Of a stretch of 64,000 nucleotides of DNA, positions 12,770 to 25,804 are shown piece by piece. The translations under genes were made by a program, and so were the position numbers. The notes under the pieces were generated by a model that was not told the origin of the DNA, searched no databases, and saw nothing but the letters and a program-made list of their open reading frames with translations. The stretch comes from Antedon mediterranea (taxonomy: Eukaryota > Animalia > Echinodermata). The number at the start of each line of letters is the position of its first letter. Position 1 is the first letter of the stretch. The stretch covers positions 10,269,888 to 10,333,887 of the forward strand of contig NC_092676.1 of assembly GCF_964355755.1 (NCBI RefSeq), in the 5' to 3' direction.

Positions 12770-15750
12770 AGAGCGTGAACACCTCGTTGTTGCCTGCTGT
12801 GTATTCGTCCCATAATCTGGTCAAGTATTGGTTTGCTCTGATAGCGCTGATGGATGAAAGTCTAGTGACGTCTTCTATAAATACCAGTTCTGCGGCCAAC
12901 GTAATCAACACTCTTTCCTCATACAGCAATTAACACATGAGATAAAACTGAAGATTTCCTGTTAGAAAGAAAAGACGAATAAGCAATTTACTAAGGGGCC
13001 GTCCAAAAACTAATTTTCCGCGAGTTCCGCGATAACAAACCCTATTACTTACTCAACCATGAAAGTGAACGTCTCTTGCGGTAATGAGGCAAAATCATTC
13101 AAGCTTGATTTTCTCGCGGAACTCATGAATTAATATCGCGAGACTCGCGGAAGCCTTACAATATCGCGGAACTCGCGGCAGTATTGCCGATACTAGAGAA
13201 TATAGTGCTCGTTTGTATTAATAACGCTTTGCCAGCCAGGTATTACGGTAATTGATTTGTACAGAAGAACAAATTATATTTCAATATTGTTTACAATTAT
13301 TATATCCATTCGTGTGTCTGATCTTGTTTTTGTTATTAATAAATATATAGATAATAATAAATGAAATGTGAGTGCCCTTCCCGAGTTTTACCACAATAAA
13401 AACCACTGAAGTAGATAGAAAATATTAATGTCAAGAAGATTTGTTTACACGACGACTCACCTCGTTGCAGAAGTCAGGCGACTTCGCCCTTGCTTGCAGA
13501 GGCCTCCTTCTTGCGTTTACATTGTCGCCACATTGCCACGCTGCTAGCCTGGTAAAAACAACTACCAAGATAGATTTATTATAAAGTGCTTGCTTGTTAA
13601 ACAATGATAGTCCCCTGTGTACAGTACAGAAAGAAAATAATAAATCACCATGTTTCAGATTACGACGCATTACACGCACTCCTAGCCTATCCTCCCACCG
13701 CCGATCCAATCGAGAACACATGCAATTCAATTCATTGGGAAAACAATTCCATTTGACGCACACGCACCCTCTGATAAGAAAATACCATGTGCGTTCCTGC
13801 ATGGTGCAGTCCATTATACGTGTAAAATTAGGGGTGTCCGCTTTTAGTAACAAAGTTAAACACGCACCTCAATCCGAAGATCGTTGGAAGTATATTATAT
13901 TTATATTTTATCGCACCCACCTCAATAATCCAGCCGACAGATCATCGAAAAATCTTGTTTAACAACGTCGTACACTAAATTAACGAACGCGTTTTTACCG
14001 ACCTCGAAGAAATAGTATAGTCCACAATACATGTGCAGAATTAATTCTAAACTAACAGGGTATAACAGAGAGAGAGGGGCCGGCGTCCGTCCGTGTTTTG
14101 AATTTTATATAAAAAAAAGCTTTAGAAATCAAACTCGGAAAATAACTATAATTTATATTCTACTACATAATGTCATTGGCTTGAATTTTACCGTGGTTGA
14201 AACCCTGTGTATGAATAGTTGTAGTTAAGGCCTACAAACAAATTGTTTTGGTATCATTTTCTCCGTTCCATCAGAGTAGTTTAAGTAGGACTAGGCCTAG
14301 TACTAGCCTACTGTAGTCGTAGTCGGCCAACCTAGCTAGGCCTAAAACGTGCTATTCTGTACTATGATCTCATCTATTTATTAGGCTACCCGCGGAACTC
14401 GCGATATGTGGGCGGCAACATTTTGATTGTTGATATGAATATTCATCAATTGCGTTCCGCGAGCATTCCGAATGAAGGTAAAATCGCGGAACTCGCGGAA
14501 AATTATTTTTTTGACGGCCCCTAAATTAACACATTTAGATAGTTGTTAGGAACTGATTTTTCATTCAAATTGCACTTACCACGTTTAGCACGATAGTTTA
14601 TACGTCGATGCCATCCTTCGATGTCATTGTTGGTTCGCACAAAGTGACAGTAGACAACCCAGTCTTGTGGCATGAAAATACAACCATCTATCCATGTTGT
14701 CCGCATATACTCCATTAATGGTGGAAGTCCATTAACTCCAATCACATCTTCTTTGGTTGCGGCGTAGACAGGACCAATATGCTCAACGGTGATGACGGGT
14801 AAAGACATCAGTTGTCGGACGACCGCTTGTGTTCCAGGATCCCTTCGGTAAGCTTGTTGTAGCCCCAATTCCTGCACCTTACGGAATACAGCCTGCAACA
14901 AGAAGAATTTAAAACTATGAAATACTATTATGTAATGTGGTATTTACAAAGGTAATTTAATCGTAAAAGAAACCTACCTGTGTAAAGTGGAAAAAAAAAC
15001 CCGCTGATTCTAACCCGTGGAAGCAACGCCCGAATGACTTGCCACAATGCTGCCTCGAAGTCAACACAATCTTTCTCACAGAAGTTCTGGGAATCAATGT
15101 CAGAATTGCTTCCAGTACAGCTGCAGTATAGTCATATGTGCTCTTTCCTGACATGACGAAAACAAGTGGTACTAGCTTCTGTGCTGTCCCAGACTTGATG
15201 AAGCTGTTGATGGAAAATAGCTGATAAAAGGGCTCTTTGACCATCAATGTACCTACAGTATAAAAAACAAAATATAATACAATATATTTAAATATTACTA
15301 CAAAGTAGCAATATTAGTGATTTAATAATTTAAATTCGAAAATGAAATTATGCAACATACCAAACCTTTGCCCTTTCAAGGAGGTGAATCATGTCATCAG
15401 TCGCCAGAACGATGTGTTGTACATTAAAGAAATCCAGGTGGGATGTGTTTGTCATCCAGTATGAAGTTTAGTTCCATTGGTTGGTTAGGTCTGGTGAGTT
15501 TCTGTTTCACCTTTTCTCGACCTACAAAAGAAAATATATAAGTAGCTATATACGTCGCGCAAAAAAATGAAATTATTCCAAAGGTAAAAATGCGAAAACC
15601 TGTGACAATGAGAAAAGAATAGTAAGAACAACAACCATACCTGGGATGTTATCTCAAACATGCTCTTGCGTTCCTCGGACATAAGCACCATCTCTTTCCA
15701 TGACATGCATCATGCAGTCTTCATGCTCAACTAGTCTAAACAGTTTCAAG
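12770..15750 (-). pseudogene. Intron-containing MULE transposase, frameshifted
   Basis: YIDG..PFYQLFSI..LVPLVFVMSGKS..FHFTQ (14957-15260) and AVFRKVQELGL..RTNNDIEGWHRRIN (14580-14900). GT donor at about 14579 and AG acceptor at about 12960 lead to GNLQFYL..LLYEE..LWDEY. Confidence 0.85.
12995..14521. mobile_element. PIF/Harbinger- or Zator-like non-autonomous element (TAA TSD) in the last MULE intron
   Basis: TAA|GGGGCCGTCCAAAAACTAATTTTCCGCGAGTTCCGCGAT ... ATCGCGGAACTCGCGGAAAATTATTTTTTTGACGGCCCC|TAA. Confidence 0.88.
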
Positions 15751-15980
15751 ACCAACCTAAAGACGTCGCTATTCGCTGATGTTCTCGCACGTTGTTAATG
15801 CACAAAGCGCCATGAGCGCCACATGGGTGGAGGATACCGGCGCTATATAAGTTTTCATTTATTATTATTATTATTATTTCATGGCACATCGCCAAGTCAC
15901 AGCTGGTCTCAGTCTATCAACCTTCAAGGTGTATTCGTAACCAAGACTTAAAAATTGTTAATGAAAGCAAATTTGGTTAA

Positions 15981-16226
15981 ATATTGAAATCAATAAACAG
16001 ATCTGTATGTGTTTTTTAACTACGTTTAAAATTAAGAATTTTTGTGCAACATTAAAAATGAATGAAAATATTTGTCACAATGTGCATATTATAGGCCTAT
16101 ACATAATATATTCAAATAGAGAATTGAAAAAATTGAAATTAATAAACAGTTCTCGTCTAGGTGTTTATTAACTACGTTTAAAATTAAGAGTTCAAAAATG
16201 AAAGAAAATATTTGTCACATTGTGTG
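15981..16226. repeat. Imperfect direct duplication, about 100-bp core x2
   Basis: ATTGAAAT.AATAAACAG...AACTACGTTTAAAATTAAGA...GAAAATATTTGTCACA at about 15983 and 16132. Confidence 0.75.
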
Positions 16227-18374
16227 TATATATAGGGAGAAAAAGTGTAAGTGACGTTTCCTGGCTATACCGCCTTCTCTGAGTCAAACAAAGTTCAGTC
16301 AGCCATCTTTTCCTATTCTAACGCATTGATTTAACACTGTTTTTCGTACAGCAAACAATGGTCAATTTGGCTGCCAGCCAATGGGTTTTTGGTTGAATTT
16401 AAGCATTTATTTTGTCATTTATAAGTGAAAACATTATTTTATCTTTTTTTTTTCCTACGGAAGTGATTAACTTTATTAAAACTACAAAATAACATATTCA
16501 AAGTCTGATTTAATTAATCTTCATTTTTCATGTTTTTGGGGGACAAAACATCTTTTAAGTGGAGGTGTACTCAGTCAGGGCTTTTCCTCCGGTTATTTAC
16601 TTCAATATATTAATATTACTAGGTACAAACATAAAAAAATCATATCAAAATAAGCAGTTTCTGAGAAATCAGAAAAATAAAAAAATGTGCAAAAATATTG
16701 AAAAACCGCTGTATATTTTTTTTCAGCAGTTAGGTAATGACCTTAGTTGTGAAGGTCATGCACGTCTTCTCTTTCGTCGTCGGCGGATCGCTCGAGCTGA
16801 CAACAAGACGCGCTACTTACTACATGTACTACTACAAGTGTATCTCATCATCCACATCTGATCGAATGAAGACAACTTATTATTGTCTTGCCTTTTGTTA
16901 TTACTTTTTGCGTCTACTCTTAGCTTCAAAATGAAGTACTGTATGGTATAGTGCCATAACAAGCCACATGGAGATATCAATCAAGTGAGGTTAATCTCCA
17001 TTCGTCTCTCTGTTGCTGGGGCCTAGGCCTCACCAGGCCTAGGCTAGTCTGATTTACATCTTTGCCGTCAGCAGTTTGTGATGATTGTATGGGCCTAGGT
17101 TCTGTTTCAAACGCATAACCATGTCTTTCTGGTCTAGGCCTACGATTAAACATTGCAGTTTAATCCGTCTATCTTTTCAAGTAACCACTGCAAAACAATC
17201 TTAATCTTAGACTAATTTATTCGTATGTATTTTATATCCTAGTTCATAACATGATTCAGTTGAAAATTCATTGGTTGTTATTACATGATTTTGATAATAC
17301 GTCATGATGCATGTGGAATAAAAATAGTATTTGTGTTCATTTTTTAAATATTTAAACCACACAGTTGTTGGTTGCTACAATAAAGTAGTACTGTACTTAA
17401 ATGAGTTGCTGTATCATGATGATTCATCAACATCTATTTCAGAACTGTAAGGGACTGAATGCATTTTCTTGGCTAAGTCTTCATCTGCTGACCCATCTGG
17501 TTTGATTCAATTTCATCTGTTTCACTGTCATCATTAATATCTTCAAAAGGTTGTAGTCGGATTCTAGGCATACATAACATAATACATGTTGTGCATTATC
17601 TATCTTAGTTAAACAAATTGTGCATGGTAACCCCTTCTGGTGACTGCACTAATGAGCTTAATTTCTTGACAAGCCAAAAGTAGTTTAAAATGTTTTTCTG
17701 TAATAATACATTGTTACTTTGTTTTTGATCATCATTGGTCTGGCTACCAATGAATTGGAAGCACACAAGCCTCGCTACCACGTCAAGGTTGATGATCATA
17801 GCGAGGGTAGGTTGCACGTTTGTATGTGCCCCTTGACCAAAGAAACATATTATAGAAGACATTGGAAACATATTATGAAACTTAAAACAGATTAAATAAA
17901 TTGTAAAAGTTAATTAAAGTATGATAAAACATAAACATACTGATGTTGGCAAAGTTGTGATAATGCATTTTAGATTATAGAAGGAGGTGAAGATTTATCT
18001 CTGTTGGTGTATATTAAGTAGATAGTTGAATTTCTGATCACAAAACAATAAAAAATGTTTTATCTCTAAAATGTTCGTCAAACTGCTGTTCATCAGCACA
18101 ATGACCCTTTTTCCGCAGTGGACATATGACAACATCATCATTGGTAGTTTATCCCAATGATAAAGTCTACAGCTTCTTTTTATTGTGTTGTGATCAAATG
18201 TTCAACTATTTACATAATCCTAGTCTGAGGTGTATATAAACAATATATGTTTAATCTAAATCGCACTACATTCTAATTGTCCTTTTTGTTGCTAAATTGG
18301 TGCATAACTTGTGTTTAAAATATATTTATATAAATACAAAAACTAAAAATAATTTCACCTACTGTACTGTATCT

Positions 18375-19888
18375 TTAGCTGTGATATTCCTTTGTACAAT
18401 TGGTTTTGTAGTCAATGAGTGTGTGGTAGCGTTCAAAGCAGGGCACAGGACACATTGGTTTCTCACACTGCCCACATATAAATTTGGTTTGGTGTCGTTT
18501 GCTGCCAGCCCCTCTTTTTGAGCACACAATACAGTCGGGTTCGGATGTCCTACCTTTCGGTGTCCTTTGCTTATTTGCTGACACAAAGTGGCGTTCAGTA
18601 AGTCTCTGTGGTGGATCAGTTGGTCTTCTACCTGGTCTTGATGGCCGACGTTCGAAGTTTTTTAGCAGACCATCAATGAGTTCCAGTCGAAGTTTATCAG
18701 ACCTGACATGTTCATTTGGATGGACACTTCTGTATATTATCAAAGCATTGACGAAACTTACCTCCAAAAGGTAAACAAATACCTTCTTCCACCATTGAAG
18801 ACTTTTGTGGATGTTTAGATACGTCCATATAAGCCGGTCAGCACGATCTACTCCACCCATGTTCTGTGTGTAAAACTCGATGGCACATGGCTTCTGGATT
18901 TCACAATAGTTTGGTCCTCGCCGCTGTCTTATCTGCTTCTGAAATGTCATTGAGTTATGAATAGTTGAAATGAGACTTACCTTTCTCTTGTCCATCCAAC
19001 AAACAAAGAGTTGATTGCCATCTTGTTCGAATACAGAATCTCCAACAGCTGGATTGGCCAGCTTGATTCTGTCTGGAACTCCAGTCCTATTTGTCCTCAA
19101 TGTTCCACATGCACCTGTAGATTTGTTTGCAAGATCTGCAAAGAGAGCTGGGGAGGAAAAATAATTATCCATATATATATGGTGCTTCTTGCCTATGATA
19201 GGCTCGCACAGCTTCATAACAGTCCTCTGTGTAGCATCTGGAAGGCCGTCACTACCTGTAAATAAATCCTGATTATAGATGTAGCCAGTTTTGGAATCTG
19301 CTAATGTCCATACAGTCATACCCTGTTTGTGTGGTTTTTTAGGGTGGTAAGTTTTGAACCAGATCCTACCTAAAAAAGCAATAACGCTTTCATCCACAGA
19401 CATATTCCTAGATGGACTGAAAGCAGATTGAAAGTTAGCAATGAGATTTGACATGAAAAATCTGATTTTGAATCCTCGATCATAGCTAGGATCATCACGT
19501 GGTGGTGCAGCATCATTATCGGCAAGGTGGAGGCACCTGAGGATTAAAGTAAAACGATTTCTGGACATAAGTTTCCGGAGTCCAGGCTGTTCTAGAAACC
19601 AATGTGTAGACCAGTGATTTTCGTAGCTATTACGTCTATCAAAACCAAAGCCTAACATAATAGCGATAAATGCACGTACCTCATTGATGTCTGTATCTTT
19701 CCAGCCTTTCAAAGTTGAATTTTTTAACTTACCTGCATTCCGTTCAATGAATATGAGCTTATTCGCATACCTATTTGTCTCGGTAACTATGTGCTGAAGC
19801 ACTTTGTCATCTACAAAATGCAGAAATATATCCGTGATTGAAGAATCGACATCATGGATTGTTGGTCCTGCACGTTCAGTAAATTCTC
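18375..19888 (-). CDS. piggyBac-type transposase (PGBD-like), exon 2
   Basis: Uninterrupted ORF with IVTETNRYA, MSRNRF, SVDES, YMDNYF, GTLRTNR, MGGVDRAD (DDD triad intact), WWKKVF and the C-terminal CxxC..CxxC..C..CF..YH domain; TTTTAG acceptor ending at 19889. Confidence 0.95.
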
Positions 19889-20000
19889 CTAAAATACACA
19901 ATTTATATAAATCAAAACAAATCAACTCAATAGTTTGAAATGCAAAACATTTTGTAATCCTAAATATAATCAATAATATATTAAAATAACATAATAATTT

Positions 20001-20760
20001 ATTAGGTGATCATTTAGAATAAAATGATCACCTTATTGTAGGAAATCTTATTGGTTATCCTCAACGAAGTTACACAAAAATCATACAGAAAGAAAGAAGA
20101 TGAAAAAAAAGATGATGATGATGATTTCGTACAATCACAAGAGGTTATCCGCAACGAAGTTAGTTGCAGGATACCCAAATCGTTTTTTCCTACCTATTTC
20201 TATAATGTAGCAGGCCAAATAAGACGTTATTTTACAGGATAGAGGGCGGCAAACAATGTTTTTCTCGTATCAGAGCCGTTCATCGTTGTTACTGTAGGAG
20301 ATATGTGATTTCTATTACATTTTCTGGTTTGTTTGTCAGTTGCTTGTCCGGCCTGTAGGTCATAATGCCAACGTGAACACTTTCTTTTGGCCTCAACCTA
20401 TCCCCTTAATGTTAAAAGGTACGTCGTTAAACGTCCATGTTTCACCACTTGCGCGGCGGATAACCAAACTCGTCAAAGTGACGAGTTTCATGTCTAGTTT
20501 CGCTTTATTTCTTTCTGTACAGATTTTGTGTGTCAATTATCTCAAAAAGTAAAATGTCAATGATCACAAAAATTTCACAATATCTTTCAAATACTGTAAC
20601 TTGATCCTAATAAGCTTTTCAGCGTGATCACTCAACCGTGACGTCATTTATACGCCATTTTGTGAAATCACATTATCAATCATATCTCCATAATTCATTA
20701 TCACAAACTTCAGGTCAAGGGTAAAATATTAGCAAATAAAACTTGCGTAGATGTAGATCC
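20001..20760 (+). mobile_element. Helentron/DINE-like (or CryptonV-N-like) non-autonomous element X with element Y nested at about 20052-20499
   Basis: 5' hairpin AGGTGATCATTT-AGAATA-AAATGATCACCT. The inner element has a GGTTATCCGC/GCGGATAACC sub-TIR and a 3' hairpin ACTCGTCAAAGTGACGAGT followed by CTAGTT. Right limit approximate. Confidence 0.6.
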
Positions 20761-20870
20761 AGCAATTGAGGTACACAACAGAGGAGGTTGCGTAGTTGAT
20801 ACGAGACGTAACAACTCGCGGAACAAATTAAAATGACTAATGTTTTGCCTTTTTTTAATAGTGTTTATCC

Positions 20871-20940
20871 TTAATAATAATAAACAGTATTTATATAGCG
20901 CCTAATGGATCACTGACCCCTCTAGGTGCTTTACATTAGA
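20871..20940 (-). mobile_element. L2-type LINE/SINE 3' tail fragment
   Basis: Minus strand reads TAAAGCACCTAGAG...GGCGCTATATAAATACTGTTTATTATTATT. Confidence 0.55.
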
Positions 20941-21167
20941 CCTTAACTTTAAATGGTAATAAACTATCCCCTGCCGGACACCATTCCGGTATTTCTTAGT
21001 CGAGGTTTCGGGGATGGAGACAATCAATAATGTGAAAAAAAAATGTAACTAAGCTTAACTATGCTTAACTAAGGTAAAACTATCCCCCGCCGGACACCAT
21101 CCCGGTATTTCTTAAAAGGGTTCCTACTTCTAGTATTTTTATCAGTTAATCTACGGTATATTGTTTT

Positions 21168-22455
21168 GACAACACTTGTAACATGACAACACTTGTAACA
21201 TGACAACACTTGTAACATGACAACACTTGTAACATGACAACACTTGTAACATGACAACACTTGTAACATGACAACACTTGTAACATGACAACACTTGTAA
21301 CATGACAACACTTGTAACATGACAACACTTGTAACATGACAACACTTGAAACATGACAACACTTGAAACATGACAACACTTGAAACATGACAACACTTGA
21401 AACATGACAACACTTGAAACATGACAACACTTGAAACATGACAACACTTGAAACATGACAACACTTGAAACATGACAACACTTGAAACATGACAACACTT
21501 GAAACATGACAACACTTGAAACATGACAACACTTGTAACATGACAACACTTGAAGACAACACTTGTAACATGACAACACTTGTAACATGACAACACTTGT
21601 AACACACGACAACACTTGTAACACACGACCACACTTGTATTACACGACCACACTTGTATTACACGACCACACTTGTATTACACGACCACACTTGTATTAC
21701 ACGACAACACTTGTATTACACGACAACACTTGTATTACACGACAACACTTGTATTACACGACCACACTTGTATTACACGACCACACTTGTATTACACGAC
21801 CACACTTGTATTACACGACCACACTTGTATTACACGACCACACTTGTATTACACGACAACACTTGTATTACACGACAACACTTGTATTACACGACAACAC
21901 TTGTATTACACGACAACACTTGTATTACACGACAACACTTGTATTACACGACAACACTTGTATTACACGACAACACTTGTATTACACGACAACACTTGTA
22001 TTACACGACAACACTTGTATTACACGACAACACTTGTATTACACGACAACACTTGTATTACACGACAACACTTGTATTACACGACAACACTTGTATTACA
22101 CGACAACACTTGTATTACACGACAACACTTGTATTACACGACAACACTTGTATTACACGACAACACTTGTATTACACGACAACACTTGTATTACACGACA
22201 ACACTTGTATTACACGACAACACTTGTATTACACGACAACACTTGTATTAACACGACAACACTTGTATTAACACGACCACACTTGTATTAACACGACCAC
22301 ACTTGTATTAACACGACCACACTTGTATTAACACGACAACACTTGTATTAACACGAAAACACTTGTATTAACACGAAAACACTTGTATTAACACGACAAC
22401 ACTTGTATTAACACGACAACACTTGTAACATGACAACACTTGTAACATGACCACA
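21168..22455. repeat. Compound minisatellite with 17-, 19- and 20-bp unit blocks sharing GAC(A/C)ACACTTG
   Basis: ACATGACAACACTTG(T/A)A, then ACACGAC(A/C)ACACTTGTATT, then ...GTATTA, then back to the 17-mer. Confidence 0.95.
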
Positions 22456-22646
22456 GTGCTGATTTTGCCATTTTCCCCCTGACTGATGAATAAAATTCGG
22501 AAATATTTACACAGCCATTCACTTTGAAATATCTGTAAGCTAAAAACTGAAAGTAATACTGGATATGGGACTTTACGAAATTAAAAGAAAAAATTGTGCT
22601 GTGTGAATATTAATCTACAGTAGGATATGCATCAAAATGTGACATT

Positions 22647-23478
22647 GTGTCTGTTTCTGCTGGAAATAAAAATAATCGATTTTTTTCTAAGTACCACAAA
22701 CCACAGAAATAATCGCGTTGCAACTGAAAAAGTTCTCCGACGTTAATCGGTTATCTAGTAATCGCTTTTTAAAAATCACGTCATCCATACTGTACCTACA
22801 GCGCAGTTCAAGTTATGGAAGGCCGATGAGAGTTGGTTTGTTTACATCCTATCGCTGCCTAAAACTCTCACATGTAGGATTAAAAATTGAACTCCTAAAG
22901 CTATATTATTTGTAAAATAAATATCTAGACTAGACTAGGCCTAATACCGTACCACATACAACAGAATAATGATGTTAAAAGTTCGTTTTGTCGTTCGGCG
23001 TTGGTTTTACTCTAGGGCCTAGGTAGGCTATATATTTCTACCAAAACAACAGGCCTAAAAAAGGACATGCAAAACATCGTTTGCCTGGACTGGTGGGATG
23101 TAACGGTGTGCTTGTAAAGCAGAATCGTGGAGTCTCTCGGTATAATTCTCCCCCACAAAATAATAAAAATTCAAATGTTTATTAACATTTGATTGTTATT
23201 CGGTCCACATCGCTGATCGCAAATAAACACCATGCTTTGTGAATGAGGGTTGCCATACTTTAGAGGTCAAAGTGTGGTCAATAATCGCTATTTGTGTTAC
23301 AGCTCAAAACTGCTCCTCAATAATCGGTTCAAACAAAAACTAATCGATTAAAACATGCAATGGATTGAGTGTTTTTAATCGTTTATTTTTAATCGGTTAT
23401 TTTATTTTGCGCCGTTTCTGCTGCCCAAAAATAATCGATTAATAAAATAAACGGTTAATTCTCAGCAGAAACAGGCCC
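22647..23478. mobile_element. PIF/Harbinger-like MITE with 3-bp TSD
   Basis: ATT|GTGTCTGTTTCTGCTG ... CAGCAGAAACAGGCCC|ATT; same TIR core as 38248-39856. Confidence 0.8.
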
Positions 23479-23939
23479 ATTGTAAAATAACAATTGTTTT
23501 GAGAAAATGTTTAGTTTTAAAAAATTAGTTATTAATAAACAGGAAATTCAATAAACAGTGACTACCAGCACAAAAAAAATCAACAGGAAAACATTGACAG
23601 AATTGATTAAAATAATCTAGATTATGAAAAGAAACCAAATTACATACGATATCTAGTATAAAAAAATCAGTCAAAAAGACTTGATATTTTGTCTAAAGGC
23701 CCATGCTTTTCGCACCACGCCTCTAGGCACCTATTTTCCCAGAGGACATAATCCATAAGATCAACCTGAAAGCGATATACTGTATCTACGGCTGACAATT
23801 TTTAAATTTTGTAAACTCTTTATAGGTCCAGGCTGCTGGACCCAAAAAACGTCTGGAAAAAAAGTTTATTAGTGCTCACAGTTGAACAATTTTAGATTTT
23901 TGCCCTTTGATTGGTTGACGTGAATCAACCTGCTGCCGT

Positions 23940-24180
23940 GAAGTCATGTTGTCTCTGAGGACTGCATGTCCAACACACATCGGGGAAAAATAATGTATTG
24001 AAATTCTTTGAATGAGGTTAAATAAACATGTAATATTATAGTTTTACAAAATATATTACTAACAAAATTATTTACTTAGTTTGTGGCTAAAACGATTATT
24101 TTCGGCGATGTTTTGGACCGGCCTATATTTCGAAAACTATAAGTCAGATTTCCATAATTCTTTCTTTATTTTAATATTTA
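23940..24180 (+). mobile_element. Diverged internal fragment of the 4425-5211 MITE family
   Basis: GTTGTCTCT.AGGACT, GAATGAGGTTAAATAA, GGCTAAAA.GAT.ATTTTCGG and AAGTCAGAT blocks are colinear with 4725-5010. Confidence 0.65.
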
Positions 24181-24627
24181 TACAAAATATTAACAGGCAA
24201 TGTATGCTATTAACGTCTAATGTTGCATCTTAAATATCCCTGGGTTGGCATACAGAATAGTATGTGGGTCGGGTCATTAGGGAGTAATTAATGCTACTAC
24301 CCTGGAAACATACAGTATACTGTAGTTTAGTTTATGATTATATTTTTGTTCTGTACAGTAGGCCAGACTATATTTACATAAAATGTTTACTACTAATTGT
24401 TAACAAAAATATTCGATATTATAATAAACCATTATAACTGAAGAAAGAACAATGATTCATTGTTAGTTAAAAAGTTGAGCATGTTTTTTGCAAGAAATAT
24501 TTCTTGTTTATTAAGGTACGATTTACAGAATTTATAGAAATGATTATAGAATCGTCTTATTTTTGACATTTAAAAAAACATTTTTGTAGGCCCATAAATT
24601 ATTTATTTTTACATAAAAGGATTGTAG

Positions 24628-25393
24628 GGAAGGCCAAGTTGAACCGCCGACAAGTTGAGCAGCCGCCAGAAAATGTTATTTTCTATGGAACGCCAAATGC
24701 TAACTTTCGCCGGTGCTTGTTCTATTTATATTAGGGATAATGATGTACATTCAAAAGTTTATATATCATGGTTTTTAGTATATATATATTATTAAATATT
24801 ATAATTAAAGAAATAATTATGAAAATCTGGCTTGTAGATTCCAAAATATAAGGCCCAAAACATCACCGAAAGTGATCGTTTTTATCCAAAAATGACATAA
24901 ACATTTTGCCCCCTCAGTCGGCAGTTGTATGAACTAGGCCTACTCCATTTTTCGGTTAAATAATTACATAAAATCACGTTTTCTGGTAAAATATTTTGTG
25001 TATTAACATTGTAAAATTCAATAAAATATGATATTAAAAGATTAGTAAATAAAAAATAATATTTATTTAACCTCATTCGAAGAATGTTAATACTCTATTA
25101 ATTTGTCCTGAGAGACAACGTAACTTTACGTGGTAGGCCTACACGCGAGAAAAATTATGGAGTGCACTGAATTTTTCCCTCGAAAGATTAAAAACAATTA
25201 AATTATTAAATATTACTACTTTCCTTTGCTGTGTTTTTAATTGTAATATGTAACAATAAACCAAGACCATGAACTTATGTACTAGGACACCACCCTAAGC
25301 ACTACGCGAAATGTCGTAAAAGACGCACGCACTGTACGCTTCATAGAAATCACCGGCGGCTCAACTTGTCGGCGGCCCAACCAGTCATATCCC
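24628..25393 (-). mobile_element. Second full copy (inverted) of the 4425-5211 MITE, 8-bp TSD
   Basis: Colinear reverse complement over its length; TSD GATTGTAG at 24620-24627 and 25394-25401. Confidence 0.92.
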
Positions 25394-25804
25394 GATTGTA
25401 GCGTGTGCCTTCAATTAATTTTACTCATTTTGAAATTTTTAAATGCGCGTAATTGTTTGCGTAGCATGCTATTGGTAATCCATGCTATTTTATCATGTGA
25501 AAAATATGAAATACACCTTTGTAAAGTTTCATTAAAAAACAAATTTATGATCAGAATTTATGATCAACCATAACATTTTATAAAATCGCGCGTACTGTAA
25601 CTTACGCTGCGCGACTCTAACATCAAAGTTTCTTGCACACCTACAGTTTAAGGTCAATCTTCTGACAAAGTTAGACAATCTTATGTTGACAAGCATTAGA
25701 GATACACAGCAAACAAAATTCGTGGAAAGAAAGAAGAATAAGAAAAAAAAAGATCCTGACAAAAACAAGGGGTTGAATTTCAATAATATAAATTAAATAT
25801 TTAC

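Larger units (their letters stand above)
3208..15850 (-). mobile_element. Outer MULE element (one TIR at 3208, transposase at 12.8-15.7 kb) split by nested insertions; other end not found
   Basis: Terminus GGGATATGACCGGTTGGGCCACCGACAAGTTGAG at 3208. The subterminal repeat TTATTGTTTTT..CAGTTAATCTA(ATA)CAATCAAA at about 3395-3440 resumes at 12355-12610, just downstream of the transposase. Confidence 0.55.

Noticed and set aside
16365-16392. GCCAGCCAATGGGTT as a piggyBac terminus for the intact gene
   Set aside because: Not followed by TTAA, wrong orientation for that side, and no partner TIR found
19889-19973. N-terminal 28 aa of the listed 532-aa ORF
   Set aside because: Non-ATG start and AT-rich sequence ending in a TTTTAG acceptor; best read as intron
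21069-22291. Long repetitive ORFs or a CRISPR-like array
   Set aside because: Contiguous tandem units with no unique spacers; the ORFs are repeat artefacts and the context is eukaryotic
25671-25804. Hydrophobic C-terminal tail of the 131-aa ORF (apparent membrane anchor)
   Set aside because: Lies after the GT donor and reads into a repeat-derived TTC-rich tract; intron read-through
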